Origin: Podarcis filfolensis
Lineage: Eukaryota
Assembly (NCBI GenBank): GCA_964270895.1
Contig: OZ185441.1
Strand: one strand, 5' to 3'
DNA: 64,000 nucleotides
A program made the translations under genes and the position numbers. Each line of letters opens with the position of its first letter. Position 1 is the stretch's first letter. A model generated the notes under the pieces. It ran no database searches. It had not been told where the DNA came from and worked only from the letters and a program-made list of their open reading frames with translations. Positions 13,801-28,800 of this stretch are shown here, one piece after another.

Positions 13801-16800
13801 CTAATCTAATCTAGTGGCTGGAGACAAAAGCACCTAGTGCTTTGGGAGCTTTTTGCTATGTGTATGTCTCCTCAGAGATACTTTGTCTGGAAACAGGTAC
13901 AAAGTATTTAGTATAAAGCTACAAAAGTTGTTTAAATCCTGTATGCTTTAAGCATTTAGATTAGACAAGAATATTATTATTATGGGGGTTCTTTTGTATG
14001 GAGGAGGCTAGACAAATGATGAGACTACACAAATGATGAAATGACAATGTTTCACATTACATCTAAACAAGGAATGAAACCTTGTTGAGTATTAATCTCT
14101 AATAAATAAAATAATGATCTCATTCATATACTCACCATTCCACAAAACTGAAGTCTGTGTTTGTCTTTCAAGCGAGATTCGTGAAGTGGGTGACACTCGA
14201 GATCCCAGAACTGAGAATAGTGTCCTCTGTCTCTAGGTAAAAAGGTGACTACAACCTATGAAGAAAGTAAGTTAGAGAATAAATTCTTTTCCAAATTTGA
14301 CTGAATCGACAGCCATTTCTTTTGTGTTCATCAGAGTTGGCGAAAGTGCTATTCCAATCTATGTAATGTCACTGACACTACCTGGACTGCTGATACAAGA
14401 CCAACCCCAGGGGCCAATATTAACAAGGTGTAAGTTCCTTATCCAATTTATGTAGGTCCCCAATGATCCTGAATGATTAGTTCTACCCATGGGCCTCTAG
14501 AAGGAGGGCAGTTGCTCCCTCCAGAGGAACCATAATTCCTGGATTTCTATTACTGTCTGCTTTCATATTGAAAAATACAGTTTCTAGAATTTGTAAAGCC
14601 TGATATACTATTTTTTCCTAATTTTTGTGAGAAACTAGCCTGCACCCCTCTTTCAATATTTCACTTTGTGCCCTCTCACCTTGCCCCCTTCCACAAATCC
14701 TGAGGATGCCCATGGTTGTACCCATTTAACCATAACCCTTTTGATTATGTATGACCACTTAGGTAATATCTGGTGCAGCACAACATCTGGGAAAGGGGAG
14801 GTCTTTACTAAAATTCCCAAAGAGAAGCATTAATTCCTGTTAAGGAGGGCAGAAAAAAGATACTATCCTTCAGCAGATACCAGCCCATGAGCTCAGAGGA
14901 ATGGTCAATAACTAGTAGATTCCTCCTTCAATTTCTGGGGAAGCTGGAAGATGAACCTTCATTAAGACAGCTCTATCAGTGTCTTAATGAAGACACTGCC
15001 TCTAGGTTCATGTGACGAGATTTTCTGAAGCACAGTGACTGTCCTCACTCAGAGGAAAGAAGTTTGCCATGCGAAATATAAGGGGAGAATCGAGGGACAA
15101 TTTATCCTTCACCTTTCCATTAAAAAAATTCCAAACTAAGGATAACAATAAGATCAGATAAACACACGAGACAAAAGTTGATTAAAATGTCAGCTAGTTA
15201 CAAACATCAATTAGAAATGCATATTAAAACATAGAACAGCTGAGCAAAACAATTCAGCCCAGAATGCCAATTGCCTGTTTAAATAAAAAGGTGTTTGCCT
15301 GTTTATGGCAGGCCATCAACCAGTGTGGGGAGGGAAAAGGCAGACAAGGGTTCTTATTAGTGTTTTATGAATGATTTTCAAGGTACAAAGAGAGAGAATA
15401 TTGAATGTTAACTTTTGCTTTGTAAATAAGCAGCTTTTTAATTTTTATTTCACTGTATTTAGTAACTGGTTCATCAGGTAAGGCCAGAAATAATGTGAGA
15501 GACACCATGTTCTTGGCATGCCAGCAATGGGGTGTGTGTGAGGGGGAGCAAAGGCAATGGGATAGCAGCACAAAGTAAAGTAAAAATTAGATTGATTAGA
15601 GGATCAACTTTCTGTTCAGCAAATTCCTTGAGATTACAGCTATAGGACTAATGCAGCCTTCAACATCCATCTGACAACCATTCTTGTTACTGGAGTTTGT
15701 AGTTTACCTGCTTTTGCAATCATCCTCGCAAGCAGTATGAGTCACTAGTATGTCCTTTTTTCCTATGAAAAGTGTCACTTTCTAGCTCAGGAAGTAATTC
15801 ACAATTGTGAGGGGAGTGTGGAAGAGATGCTCCATGCCACATGAGGATCCTGAATGATCTGATAAGCCCCCCTCCTGCCTTGTATGACTACAAACTCAAA
15901 TGAACTAGGTCTACAAATTTATGTCATGTGACACTGCACATGCAGAGTAGGTGAAGTCAACCCGTATCTCAAAGTTAATTCTTCACAGTAGACTCTGAGA
16001 AAAGCAAGTTTCTTCACGCAGAACTGAACAGTATTGTGTAATCTTGATGCTACTTTTTCAATTTCTTTAGATTTTTCAAGATGGATTCTTGAGTAGAAGC
16101 CTGACTTCATTTCACAAAAATGCTGTTGTTATAGCCTAGAACTTTTGAAGCATTAACTGATTTTTCTTTGATGGAAGACAAACAGAAGTGCATTGTATTA
16201 AGATGAAAACACAGTCAATGTGACTTACCTTTTCTTCCCCATGAGCTTTAAGAATACCAGAAAGCAATGAACATCGAAAAGCAGTATATGTGGCCCTGTA
16301 AACCTCTCCACTGTCATCTAAGCCCTGAAAGGAAATTATTAAACAGAAACACTAGTTTTACAAAGCAGCCTTGGAACATGTGCAAGTGAAGTGGGTTTTG
16401 ATTGGAAATTGGGTGGTGTTCAATTAGGTTTTTCTCAGAGTAGACCCATTTGAATTAATGATCATGACTCAGTTAGGTCCCTTAACTCAGCAGGGCTACT
16501 CCAAGTAAAACTTAGATGAATACCACCCATTAACATGGAAGTTGTTAATTTCAGTATCTAATGATTTCATAAAAATGATTTTCCAGTTTGTTCTCCAACA
16601 CCTCCATTGTGAATCTACAGTTGAGATCATTCGAAATTTTAAGTGTTTACCTATGTCCAGCACTTGTCTATCTATACAATCTGATTAAAAACCAGAGTAT
16701 GCACATTTGTCTATCTACTACAAGTTGAGGGTGAGCAACCAGATCAGAAACAGATTAATTCTTTAAAAATGTTTGAATTTTCGGTGTTGCTTTTGAAACC

Positions 16801-19800
16801 TATTTTCCAATACTTTTCTTCCGTCAGAAGAGCTCTATTTGCGTGTTCTTGTCAGGCCAGGTCTGTTTAGATGCAAAGATTACAGAATATATAACCTGAT
16901 CTTTTAAAGACAGTGTGTGTTTGTTTTTCCAGATTTTCTACGCACCTTGATATAAGGCGGTGCAAAAGATGACAATAGCCACTTCACATTTGCATCTCCA
17001 TTATTTTCAATCTCTATGTACTTTTCTGGAAGAAGAAGTGCAGGCAAGTAATGTAAGTAACAGTTATTTATCATCATCATCAAACCTTTTATTGGCATCA
17101 CATACAAACATCCATAGCAAGTAACAGTTATTCTTATAAGGGCCTGTGAAGGATTTGGACCTTGTTTGCATGAACTGTGAGATAGTATATGGGAATGATT
17201 ATCTTCCTTGTCTATTCATTTGCGGGTTATATAATTAACTTGTGAAGCCTGGCACTGCCCTGGGGCTTAGCTAGGAAAGCGAGAATTTCTTTACAGACAA
17301 GGAGTATGGCAGGTCTCTTGGCTGAGAGGCTCCATGAGGTCCTATAACCTGGAATGGAAGAAGCTGTGACTGGTAGTCAGGCTAGAGGTTTCTTAGATCA
17401 AGGGGATTTCTGTGTGACGACGCAAAGACTTTTTAACCTGGGAAAGACATGCTACTCAAGAGTAGCATTCTTCTGAGAGCCCAGTGAGTTGAGGAGCTTC
17501 TTAAGTTCAGAGACAGTGGAAGACATACTAATCTACTTTATTTTGGTCCAAAAGGAACATATTAATTAGCAATTACTTATAACATTTGGTCAGGAGTGAT
17601 CATATTTATAGTCTTCTATAAAAAGGACTTTAAAGTGCTGCAAGATTGAGATGAATTACATGGAAAATAATGAAATTAATACAACTTCAGTTTGGAAACC
17701 TGCACACTTTCCAATTTGTTATTGGTTTAGTGTTATGTGTGAACTGTGTGAATGTGAATTTCAAGACTGTGAGTAGCTTTCATGCATGGCCAGTCATGCT
17801 TGTGTCACTGAAGTAATACATGTTTCATTTTCACCATTAGAAAACATTTTACTCAAAAAGATACCAGTCATACGCAAGACCGACGTTACCTGAGCTTTCC
17901 CCAGACTTTGTTTCAGGAAAAAACACAGTCCGATTCTTTACTTCAAGTTTTGTCGAAGATGGCTTTTGAAGTGGCCTTATGTGCATAATAGGAAGCTCAG
18001 GCTGTTGATGATGAACACCTACTTTGGCAACTGGTGAAACCGTTTCAGATTGCTTCTCAGAGATATTTTCCCGAATTTGGACCCTAACAAGCTATGCACA
18101 AGAAAGAAACAAAATCATAGTCAGTCAGTTTTATTGCACATAGCCAAAGGCTGCCGCAATGTACACAGAATTATTTGACAATTAAAAGAAAATATACTGA
18201 ATTGGTAAAAAAAGACTTAAAACATTTATATTATTAAAACATTACGTACTCTAAACAAAGCTATAAAAGTACCCCAATGTACAAATAAAAACATTAAACA
18301 GTAAAATTCATAAGCTAAAATCATCACATGGTCACGAATGTTAAAAACAATATCAATTAATACAGTGTGCAATTTATACTCAGAGTTTGGTGACAAAGAT
18401 AGAGCATAGCCTGAGGTAGATAGATAGGATCAAATAAATTCATCTCCTTTACAGTTAATGGCTACCTTGGCTATATAATTTGCTCTAATTTTCCTAGCAG
18501 CAGTTGCAAAAAGTGCTACCCGCCAGGTCACATACTTATCTGTGTCTGCAAGGAGATATAACATCATATCAAGGGGGTTCTGGTCAGGGGACCCTGTCAT
18601 TATAGGTACCAAAAATCTTTTTCTTGCATCATTATATAACGGACAGTGCAAGATATAATGCATAAGGTCCTCTACTTCAGAACATCCCCTAATACAAACA
18701 CGTTCGTTTTTTGGTATGCCTCTATGTCTCCCATCTCTATAAGCAGAGCTTATTGTATTTAGTCGTAGCTCTGTAAAAGCTTTTCGAAGCTGTGCAAAAG
18801 TCAATTCATTAAAATAAGAGATGTGTTCATTGACCTCTCTAAGTTTAAAATACAATGGGGCGCATGTGGATGTGCACATAGAGTTTAGATCGTTTTTAGT
18901 TGCCACTGCCCTTATGGTTCGTTTAAAAATATTTTTCTGTGAATATAAGGGGAGTTCTTTAATCTCAGTCACTGAGAGATCATATTTGCCCATCAGTTGG
19001 GCAGCATGATGTACCCAGTTTTTAAGGGGTAATCCATTTGAGAGCTCAATCAGGCATTTTTTTGGTAGCCTAGTGTTATCCATCTGTTGAACTCTAAACC
19101 AGTAGCAGAGAATTCTTTTATCTATTTGGCTCTCTATGCTCAACATGCGAGTTTCCAGCCTGACCATGGCAGATTGCACGTCTTTGGGTAAACCTAAAAG
19201 AACTCTTAAAAAATAATTCTGTGGGGGTTCCAGACCGGAGACCTTTGAGGTACCCCAAACCTCTGCACCATATAAAATCTGGGCCATTGTTTTTGCTTTA
19301 TACACAGATAGAGCCGGGTTGACCAGATTTCCACCTTTACATGCAGCAAATTTCAGAATGGCTTTTGCTGATTTAAAGGCTTGCAATTTAATATTGGATA
19401 GCTGTGTATTCCAAGATGCCGTTTCTGAATAAATCAATCCCAGATATTTAAACGTATTTACTTGGTTTATAATGTGTTCATCCAGGTGCCAAACATGCTT
19501 TTTAGAACGCTTCCCAAATACAATGACCTGCGTCTTATCATAGTTTATAGATAAAGCATTCCTCTTGCAATATGAACTTAATTTTGCAAGCAGCCGTCTC
19601 AGGCCCACCTGGGTTCTAGATACCAGTACTAGGTCATCAGCATACATTAAAACTGAAAGTTTTTGGTCGAGAATTGTGACAGGGGCAAACTGTAGGCCCT
19701 CCAGTTCTTTAACCATGTCATTAATATAAAAATTGAACAAGAAAGGTGCCAAAATGCATCCCTGTTTGACTCCAGTAGTGGTCTTAATTCTAGCGGTGAG

Positions 19801-22800
19801 GTGGCCAGCCAGATCCACCTTTACTTGTATTGATGTGTCAGTATATAATGTTTTGATGAGAAATAATAGACGGAGGTCTATATTTGTCTTTTCCAATTTT
19901 TGCCACAATGCGTGTCTTGGGACCGTATCAAAAGCTGACTTTAGATCGATAAAAGCAACATATAATTTTTGCTTCAAATTATGGATGTATTTACATAGCA
20001 GAAAGTTCAGCACAAAGCACTGGTCCAATGTGGATTTCCCTCTTTGGAAACCTGCCTGGACTTCAGAAATCACCTTATTTGTTTCTGCCCATTCTTCTAG
20101 TCTCCCAAGAAGGAGCCTGGCATATAGTTTGGAGGCTACATCTAACAAACTAATGGGTCTATAATTGGCAGGGTTTTTCTTATCGCCCTTTTTATATATT
20201 GGGGCAATTATACTTAACTTCCACCCTTCAGGTATACGACCTGAGCTGTTAATGTATGAAAACAATTTTGCAAATATGGGTGACCAGAAATCAGGTCTTA
20301 TCTTATAGATTTCCATTGGGATCATGTCTTCTCCTGGAGCTTTATTAGTATTTTGCAGTTACTGGTCTCAAGTTAATCCTACAGTTATCTCCCAGACTGG
20401 CTGGCCAGTGCATATGCTCAAAGCTGTTTTGTAACCAAGGACTCAAAAGCAAGGTGAAAATACTAAATGTAACACAGAAAATGTAACACATACATCTCTT
20501 AAACTTTTAAAACAACTTCCATACAAGAGCATAAGTTGTCCAACACTTGAAGAAATGCATTTCCCACTTTTCAACACATTTCCAAGACAGCTTACAATTA
20601 TTAAACAGAAATATTAGCACACACAATTTAAAAGAGCAAAAGTGACCAGAGATAAAATAAATATTTAACTGGACATGCCTTCAATAGAAACTACCAATGG
20701 ATTTGAGTTCTGCTGGCAAATATAGTTGGACACATACAATAAGGGAGCAGACTACTATTATATTAAGGTATTTTGCTATTTTATGCAAATAAAATAAGAA
20801 AAAATAATTAACCAACCAATCAACCAACAAAAGAGAAAGAGATGGAACACACACTTATGCCTGCCTAATATCATGTATGGGAGGCACAAAGAGAAAACCC
20901 GCTGAGGCCAGGTACAATCCTATAGAAGCAGGTTATTCCTCAGGTAAACTGACCCCAAGCAATTCTTCATTTACTCCCATAACTGCAAACTTCATCTAGG
21001 AAATGCAAACTACTCCCTTTAAAGCAATAGATGAAAGCTTAACTGACAAGATGAAATTAGTTTTCTAAAACCAAGGCATTTGGCAGAATTTTCATAACCA
21101 TAGACACTTATTTAAGCCACTTACTTTTTGTCCATTATCACAATGTACATAAATAAGGCCACTCCATGGAAAGATGGATTTCTTTTCTGCGAGTGATGGA
21201 TTTGGACTCACATAAATTGAAATGTTGCTTCTAGAAATAAGACGTCCAGTGCATTAATTTTAATATGCTAAATGAAATCAATGTTTCATTATTAGATCTG
21301 GTTACTGTTCTTCTTGACTTTTTTGTACACAATAGATGAAATTTTAGTATTCTATTAATTTAATATGAGGAATTGCAAACCCACGCCTATCTACAAGTCT
21401 AGCTTCATAAGGACAAGGAAAAACTCACATAGTGATGTTTCAATCACCAATGCATCTGCCATGTACACAGGGCTAGAATTATTAGGTCTATGATACAACA
21501 CTATCAGAAGCAAAATATCAAGCGGGGTGACAATATCCTTGCCAACTGTATAACTATTATTGTGACAGGTGCAATATATCAGCTTCAGATCATATGGTTG
21601 CAGCATTTTTCATAGAAGACTATGAAGTCATGTGTGAGAGAGGCTCTAACTTTAAGTTATTTAAATGTATCATAGTACTGTCAGCTCATAAAAAAACTGA
21701 AATACACTGCTAACTCAATCTGAATCATATATCTTGTATACATACAGTATTAATTTTTTCTGTGCTAACCACAAATACTTTAGGTTATCCTTAAGAATTA
21801 AAGGTTTTTCTCAGCATAAATAAAAACAAGGCTGTTTATTTTTTTAGGAAAGAAAAGCTTGACACTATGGACATAGCCAGAAACTCTTTTCACAACTGTA
21901 CAAAGATTCCTTCCCTTTCACCTTCATGCTATCTCAAGAGCTGGATGTAATCAGACTGACAGCGCAATCCCATACAATGGCACTGAGATGTAAGTCCCAT
22001 TGAATTCTACAGAAACTAGTTGTGCATGAGTGGATATAGGATTGCAACCTTAGTTACAGCAAAGGACAGTTTTCAAATTAATGGAATCATGGGGAAAAGT
22101 AATGAACAATGGAAGTACTTACCCTGGTTCAATAGTTCCATGCTGAGGTGTTACTGTCAGACAGTGAGCAGGCCACGATAGCTCAAATGTCAATGACCTG
22201 TTTGAGTTGTTACTTATTTGTGCATGTTTAGTAATCGCAGCTCCACCTTTTGAGATAAGAATTGCATGAATTCTCAGTTATCTTATAAGACATTTAAGTG
22301 CTATTTACAAAGCATTAACAACCGTATCAATTATGCAAATGTTACTTCCAAACTTACGCATGCAGTAATGAATCAAAGGCTTTTACATAATACAGCTATA
22401 GGAAAAAAGCATGTATTACTTTATTGATATCTAAATAGTGGGTTGGGAGTTATTTTGGAAAGTGGAAACTTTACAACCATTGACTAGGCTGCCAGCAACT
22501 GATTTGTTACCAACACTGAAACAAGGATCTTTTACTTCCTTGTAACAAATTAGAACTACAGTCATACCTTGGTTCTTGAACGGAATTGGTTCCAGAATTC
22601 GGATCAACTTCTGAAAACATTCAAAAACCAAGACGCGGCCTCTGATTGGCTGCAGGAGCTTCCTGCACTCAATCAGAAGCCGTGTCGGACGTTTGGCTTC
22701 CAAAAAATGTTCACAAACCAGAACACTCACTTCCAGGTTTGTGGCATTCAGGAGCCAAAACGTTCAAGTCACAAGGCATTCCAGAACCAAGGTATGACTG

Positions 22801-25800
22801 TAACAAGGAGATCTGTAAAACACAGAAAATTCCACTTAAAGTTTCTAGGTAAGCTTTTGAAGTCATCTCTGCTACAGAAATAAATTCTCTTAATTCCAGA
22901 ATTTATGCATCATGATTAATTTAACAACAGAGTTCTATATACATGGAGAAATATTCCCAATCCCAAACAAATTCAGTTTATTATTGTGTCTCACAGTAAT
23001 ACTATCTATCACATAATAATCCTAAGCAATGTATAGGTACAAATATGATGGTGAATATTTTTAACAGTTCTTGAAACATGTGGAAATAACATACTTTGAG
23101 AAGGAGCAGTGAGAATTAGAAATTCAGGCTGAAGAGTCCAGTTTTCCTTAGAAACAAGCTTATTTTCATCAATGCTATTAGCATTTGATGACAATGAACA
23201 ACCATGAGGTCCTTTAACAGGTAGTACATCCAAAGTCATATTGGATTTCTCAGGAACACCAGGTCTATGAAACAGAGAAAGAGCAGTTCAACACCAAATA
23301 CTAGGAAACGAGACAAGAGAAGCAAATATCAGAGTATAAAACTTGCCTTCTAAAGGAAAATAAAAAACCCTTGCCTTACTTAGCATTAGCCAGAGTTTCA
23401 GACAGATAAAAACTGATAAAAAGCAATTAAAAGTTAGCAGATGAATTTAGTATTCTGAAAATGATTTTCAGTTCCAACATAACCTTTCCCCTATTTATTA
23501 CTCCACAGGAATCATATCAACACCCACAACCACCAAGAAAGATTATATACAGACCCCAGTCACTGAAGTAGTCCAGTCAGGTAACTACACATTATGACCT
23601 AATTTCAGAGTCTTTTAATTCTTATTTTTGTTGGAATATTAAAAGTTTACCAAGGTAGAGGAACTGCTTACCAGTATTTCAGAAAATACTAAAAAATGAC
23701 AAATAAAATTACCTTTCTAGTGCTACACGATGCACTGAAGATGGCTTGATATCGAAAGCAGAACTACTGAAGGCATTAACCGCCGAAACAATAATCCTTC
23801 TCATGTTCATGAAAAAGTACTGGATATCAAACGAATGTTGCGGAAGATCATATACTAGAGAAGACATTTAAAAATCAAAAGCAAAGCTGGATTAATGAAA
23901 CAAACTGCAGTATTTACTGAAGATTGGGGACTGATGACAGACTAATCAACTGGGTTATTACCGTCTTTACAGACAGTAATTGCATTCCTGGACCTTTTCA
24001 AATTCTTTAGAAGTTAAAAGAGAAAATGGACATAGTCCATCACCAGCCTCCCAGCAGATACACAAGGTAAGTAATTCCCACTGATTTCAAATGGAACTTC
24101 CAAATATGTACATTTAGCATAAACGCTAATGTTGTAAAGGTGACATGAATGATGCAAGCTTCAGAAAAGTATTAAAAAGTTATAGCTAGAATTAGAGCAA
24201 GATCAAGCAACTACTGCTGCCAAAGGCAGATGAAAAGGGAATCCTAAATAGCATTGGAGGAATGACAATGGGAGATGGGAGGGAGGAGAGATTTGCTATG
24301 GAGAAGACAGAGATGGCTGCATGGTTGATTTCTCAACCAGTATTGGACAGTGAGATGGGCTGCTCACTTGACTTCCAGCAGGTCGCATAGGTGTTGCTTC
24401 CTGGGAGGGTAAGGAGGCTGTGAGGTCTGGGGACATAAACAGCAGCAACGTGATGGACTAGAGGTCAGGTGAGAAGCACTGCGCCACCACAATATCCCCT
24501 ACTATCAACCATGTTAAAAACAACCCAGCTGCACTAGCACCTGCATTATGATAACCAGATTGCAAGAATATAATCATAGGAATAAGGGAATGTGGTAAAG
24601 GTAAAGGCATGTTCCCTCAGCAGGGCAAGAGAGCAGCAGGGCAGCTGTGGCAGCATGCGCACTAGCCTTCACATCGCTTCATCTCATACTCTTTAAAGTT
24701 TTGGTAGCTCGGTTTTCACAGAGGCACAAATCCTGACCCTGCGGAAAAAGGGCAGGTGAGCTGAACACAGAGCCAGGCTAGGCCACCTCCCTCAGGAAAG
24801 AAACAAACCTGCCAACTAAATACACAACGCGGGAAAAGGACATCAACAGCTAAAAGCAAAGTTAAAAAGGTGAAGGGACCCTTGACCGTTAGGTCCAGTT
24901 GCGGATGACTCTGGGGTTGCGGAGCTCATCTCGCTTTACTGACCGAGGGAGCCGGCGTACAGCTTCTGGGTCATGTGGACAGCATGACTAAGCCGCTTCT
25001 GGCGAACCAGAGCAGCGCACGGAAACGCCGTTTACCTTCCTGCCGTAGCTGTACCTATTTATCTACTTGCACTTCGTGCTTTCGAACTGCTAGGTTGGCA
25101 GGAGCAGGGACCGAGCAACGGGAGCTCACCCCGTCGCGGGGCTTCGGACCACCGAACTTCTGATCAGCAGGGAAAGTGGTAGTGAAAGCTAAATTTGAAA
25201 TACATCTAAAGAATGGCGAGAAATCAAATATACAAACAAGTAGATATTCTCAGGGTGGTCAAGCTTACCTTCAGTCACCAGCTCTTCCCCAGGGAATTCT
25301 TCATCAAACTTTACATTTATCACAGGATTATTAGCAGGAAGCATTTTTTGCACTTGCTCTGGATTTTGCTGTACAGCTCTGAGTAGACAATTGAGAGTTT
25401 TCAGGTCTCATTAACGTTATGAAGAAGCATTTAACAAAGACACTAAAATACTCTGTAAAGCATTCAATCCAATTACCCCACTTTAAAAGCATTTATGCAC
25501 TGCAGTGTGCTTAGGGACTACATCTGATCAGCTTCTTATTCCCAATGAGAAACATAACAAACATAACTCAATCATCCTTCCACAAATGTGTCCAAAAGTT
25601 TCCTTCCAGCAATCATCTGCCCCAGATGTCCAGTATGCTGGTTAAAGAACCACACAGAGTTAGAACTCTGGAAGTATAATCTTGCCTTCCACTGTGGAGA
25701 GTCCAACTACTACTGATTTGTCTGCACATAACAGAGGACAAAGGGGAGGGGAGAAGCAGCACTGACAATGACCACATATAATGGCCTGCTACTAACAACA

Positions 25801-28800
25801 GAGAATGTTTATTGGCCCACAAACATTGTGCCCAGCAAGCCCAAATTAGGCCAGATAATAGGAACTACTTTGGTTATGTTGCAGGGAAGAGGGAAACACC
25901 TACATATGTCTGTTTCCTAGATGTACTGCTCTTACATGTTCATTGTGGGATTGTTGGAAGTTAGCAACTTGTTACGAAGCATTTGACTACCATGCACAAG
26001 GGGGGAGGGAGCAGGACAAAAAGCAAAGGCATTCTAGCACCCTCAAGTGCTAACCTGCCATAGCCAGAAAATGAAGCAAATCTGAGTGCTGAACACAGCT
26101 GCATACTCCAGTCTTTTCCAAACCTTTTGCAAACGTATTTTACAATAAGGGATTTTATAATCCAAAAAAGTGAACTTGTTCCTGTTCTTGATACCAGTGA
26201 CTGTTGATCTTTGAACACAGACAGAGTTGGCTATGTTATTTAATAACCACTAATACAGAGTTTTCCAAACTTTTCATGTTGGTGACACCCATTTTAGACA
26301 TGCATCCTTTCACGACACAGTAATTCAGTTTTACTAGCAAATGGAGGTTAAACTAACCCCTTTCTAGCCCCGGGAGCAGTGTGGGGAGCATTTGCATGAC
26401 ACAGCCAACACACCAATGTTTCACGACACACAGTTTGAAAAGCTCTGTAGTAATATTTAACAGCCAATATAAAAAAAACTTTTATTCTTTAAATATCCAT
26501 TCTAACCATCTGCTTCTTATTTCTTAAGAACAGATAGTAATGAATATACTTGTTATTTCCCAAAAAACATTTAGCCTTACCTGCGATACTGCTGTCTCAA
26601 AATTTCATCTCCATAGACAAAACAAATTGTAGACAACACTGGTGAATTACTTTGATCTTCAGTTGAATTAAATGTTACTGTAACTTTCTGAGAGGAAACA
26701 GTCAAATTTTGGTAAATTAATTTGTGGCACAATTGTTTGAATTATATGTAAGATTCACAAAGCAAGATTTTATGACACATTTTTGGGTGGGTGGGGGGAA
26801 TGTTAACAGCTTACACATTTTATAGGTCTTGCGTAATATATATATATTGTGACTTTCATATTACCTGCTGTGAACTTTCCTGAAGAACAAACTTTTCTGG
26901 GGAAACTCTCATCACATTTGGATCCATAACAATTATTTCACTTGAGTTCTTAAAGCACAGTGCTTTCACGTATGCAGCCCGACTCCCTGTATTTTGTACA
27001 GAAAAGGAAGCCTGTCTTGTTTTACCATTCAGCCCCGCTATATCATTCAGCCCCACTATGTATCTATTACAGTGTTTTTTAACATCTTCTAATCTCAGAT
27101 TGCTATTTCCTCCATATCCATACAATGGTATCTGAAAGGAAGAAAAACGTACATTTAGAAAAACAGGAATTGAAATAACCTTGCTCCCAGTTTCATTATC
27201 CCCAACTTTAATATTCAAAACAATCAAAGGATTCTCAAATTCTTTAAAATGTTCATATGTAGCACACCCTAAAGACCAAATGATGGAAAAGCAGGGTAAA
27301 AGTAGCTTAAGTAAGCAGAATAATGACTGGTTTCTGATGTGTACAAGTAACAGGATCTTTACAGGCAGGAAGATGCAAGTTGAAGGAAGTTGGCTGTGTT
27401 GGGAACAGCTAATTCATGGTGCCCTGAAATGGTTCTTCAAAAGGGTGCCCCTCACCTTCACCACTGAGAAAAGTGAGGAAAGCAAGCTTCTTTGGGAGCT
27501 ACTGACGTGCTTTTGAACTGCTAGGTTGGCAGGAGCTGGGATAGAGCAACGGGCGCTTACTCTGTCACAGGGATTCAAACTGCCGACCTTCTGATTGGCA
27601 AGCCCAATGGTTTAGACCGCAGCGCCATGCGCAGAGTACAACAAAATCAGGGGGGGCACCAGGTTGGTTACCCCTGACTTAAGACACTGAAAGGCCCAGA
27701 ACACGAAGAAAAAGATAATCCAAAGTGCATGGCAAGGGAGTTACTGAGATGTGGAGAGACTCTGTATCACTCTTAATATCAAGAAAACTACTGGAGTACA
27801 AAAAATAAAATCCAAGGAGGTTATAGTGGTCAATTTCTTGTCTGGCTTACAGTCAGAAAGTGTGAAGATGTTTCAAAACATCCTGAAGGACTTACTGCAA
27901 AAATGAACATAATAAATTCAGAAACATCCCATGAAATAGGATCAGTGTAAAAAGTAACTTACAGTGAACTTGATTCCTAGTTGAGATAGAAGACCAAGCT
28001 GTTTCATTTCAAGCTTTGCATACATACAAGTTAATCGAGTTGGTGTAAACATTAGACAGACAGAATAATCATGTTTTGGACGGATCTTGATTTCACAATT
28101 ATTGTACACATGTTCTCCAAGTTTCAACTGCAAATACACAAGAAAATCCACACAGCAAATTAATTTAATTCAGAAAATTATTTTAGAAGAGTTAAGATTT
28201 TAATGAACAGTTTAAACCCAAATAATTTGCTCCCATAATTCTATGACCTCTGAAGTATGCCACTCTATGGAAATGCTGACACAGTAAGAAGAAGTGTTTT
28301 TTATTCATTACTATTTTGCAACATTTTCCATGCACAGAGATAAATCTCAGTGCAGGAAAAATGTGTAAATGGCTGAACTGATCGCTCCATTCAAACTGGC
28401 ATCCTCTCTAACTTTCTTTGCACTTCCTTCTCTCCCCACCCACCCACATGAAATCAGGATGATCGCCTCATCCTGTTCTCCATCCCTAGTTATAAGAATC
28501 TTAAATTTGTTTCAAATTTGTGGTTTTAAAAGCCACTGAATATAATAATATTCCCCGCCCATCTGGCTGCGTCTCCCCAGCCACTCTGGGCCGCTTCCAA
28601 TCAAGTGTTAAAAACAATACAGCATTAAATATTAAAAACTTCCCTAAACAGGGCTGCCTTCAGATGTCTTTTATTTTCTACTATAACATTGCTCTGTGAA
28701 ATGCAGAGTATGTTAAAGAAAAATTCAAGATTCTTAAGTCTGATACAACAAAACTAGCAGCAAGCACTGCTGTAAGAGGGACACTGGCATAACAAAACCA

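Noticed and set aside
19733-20164. 143-aa plus-strand ORF (and 18821-19009)
   Set aside because: Antisense shadows of the LINE RT frame.
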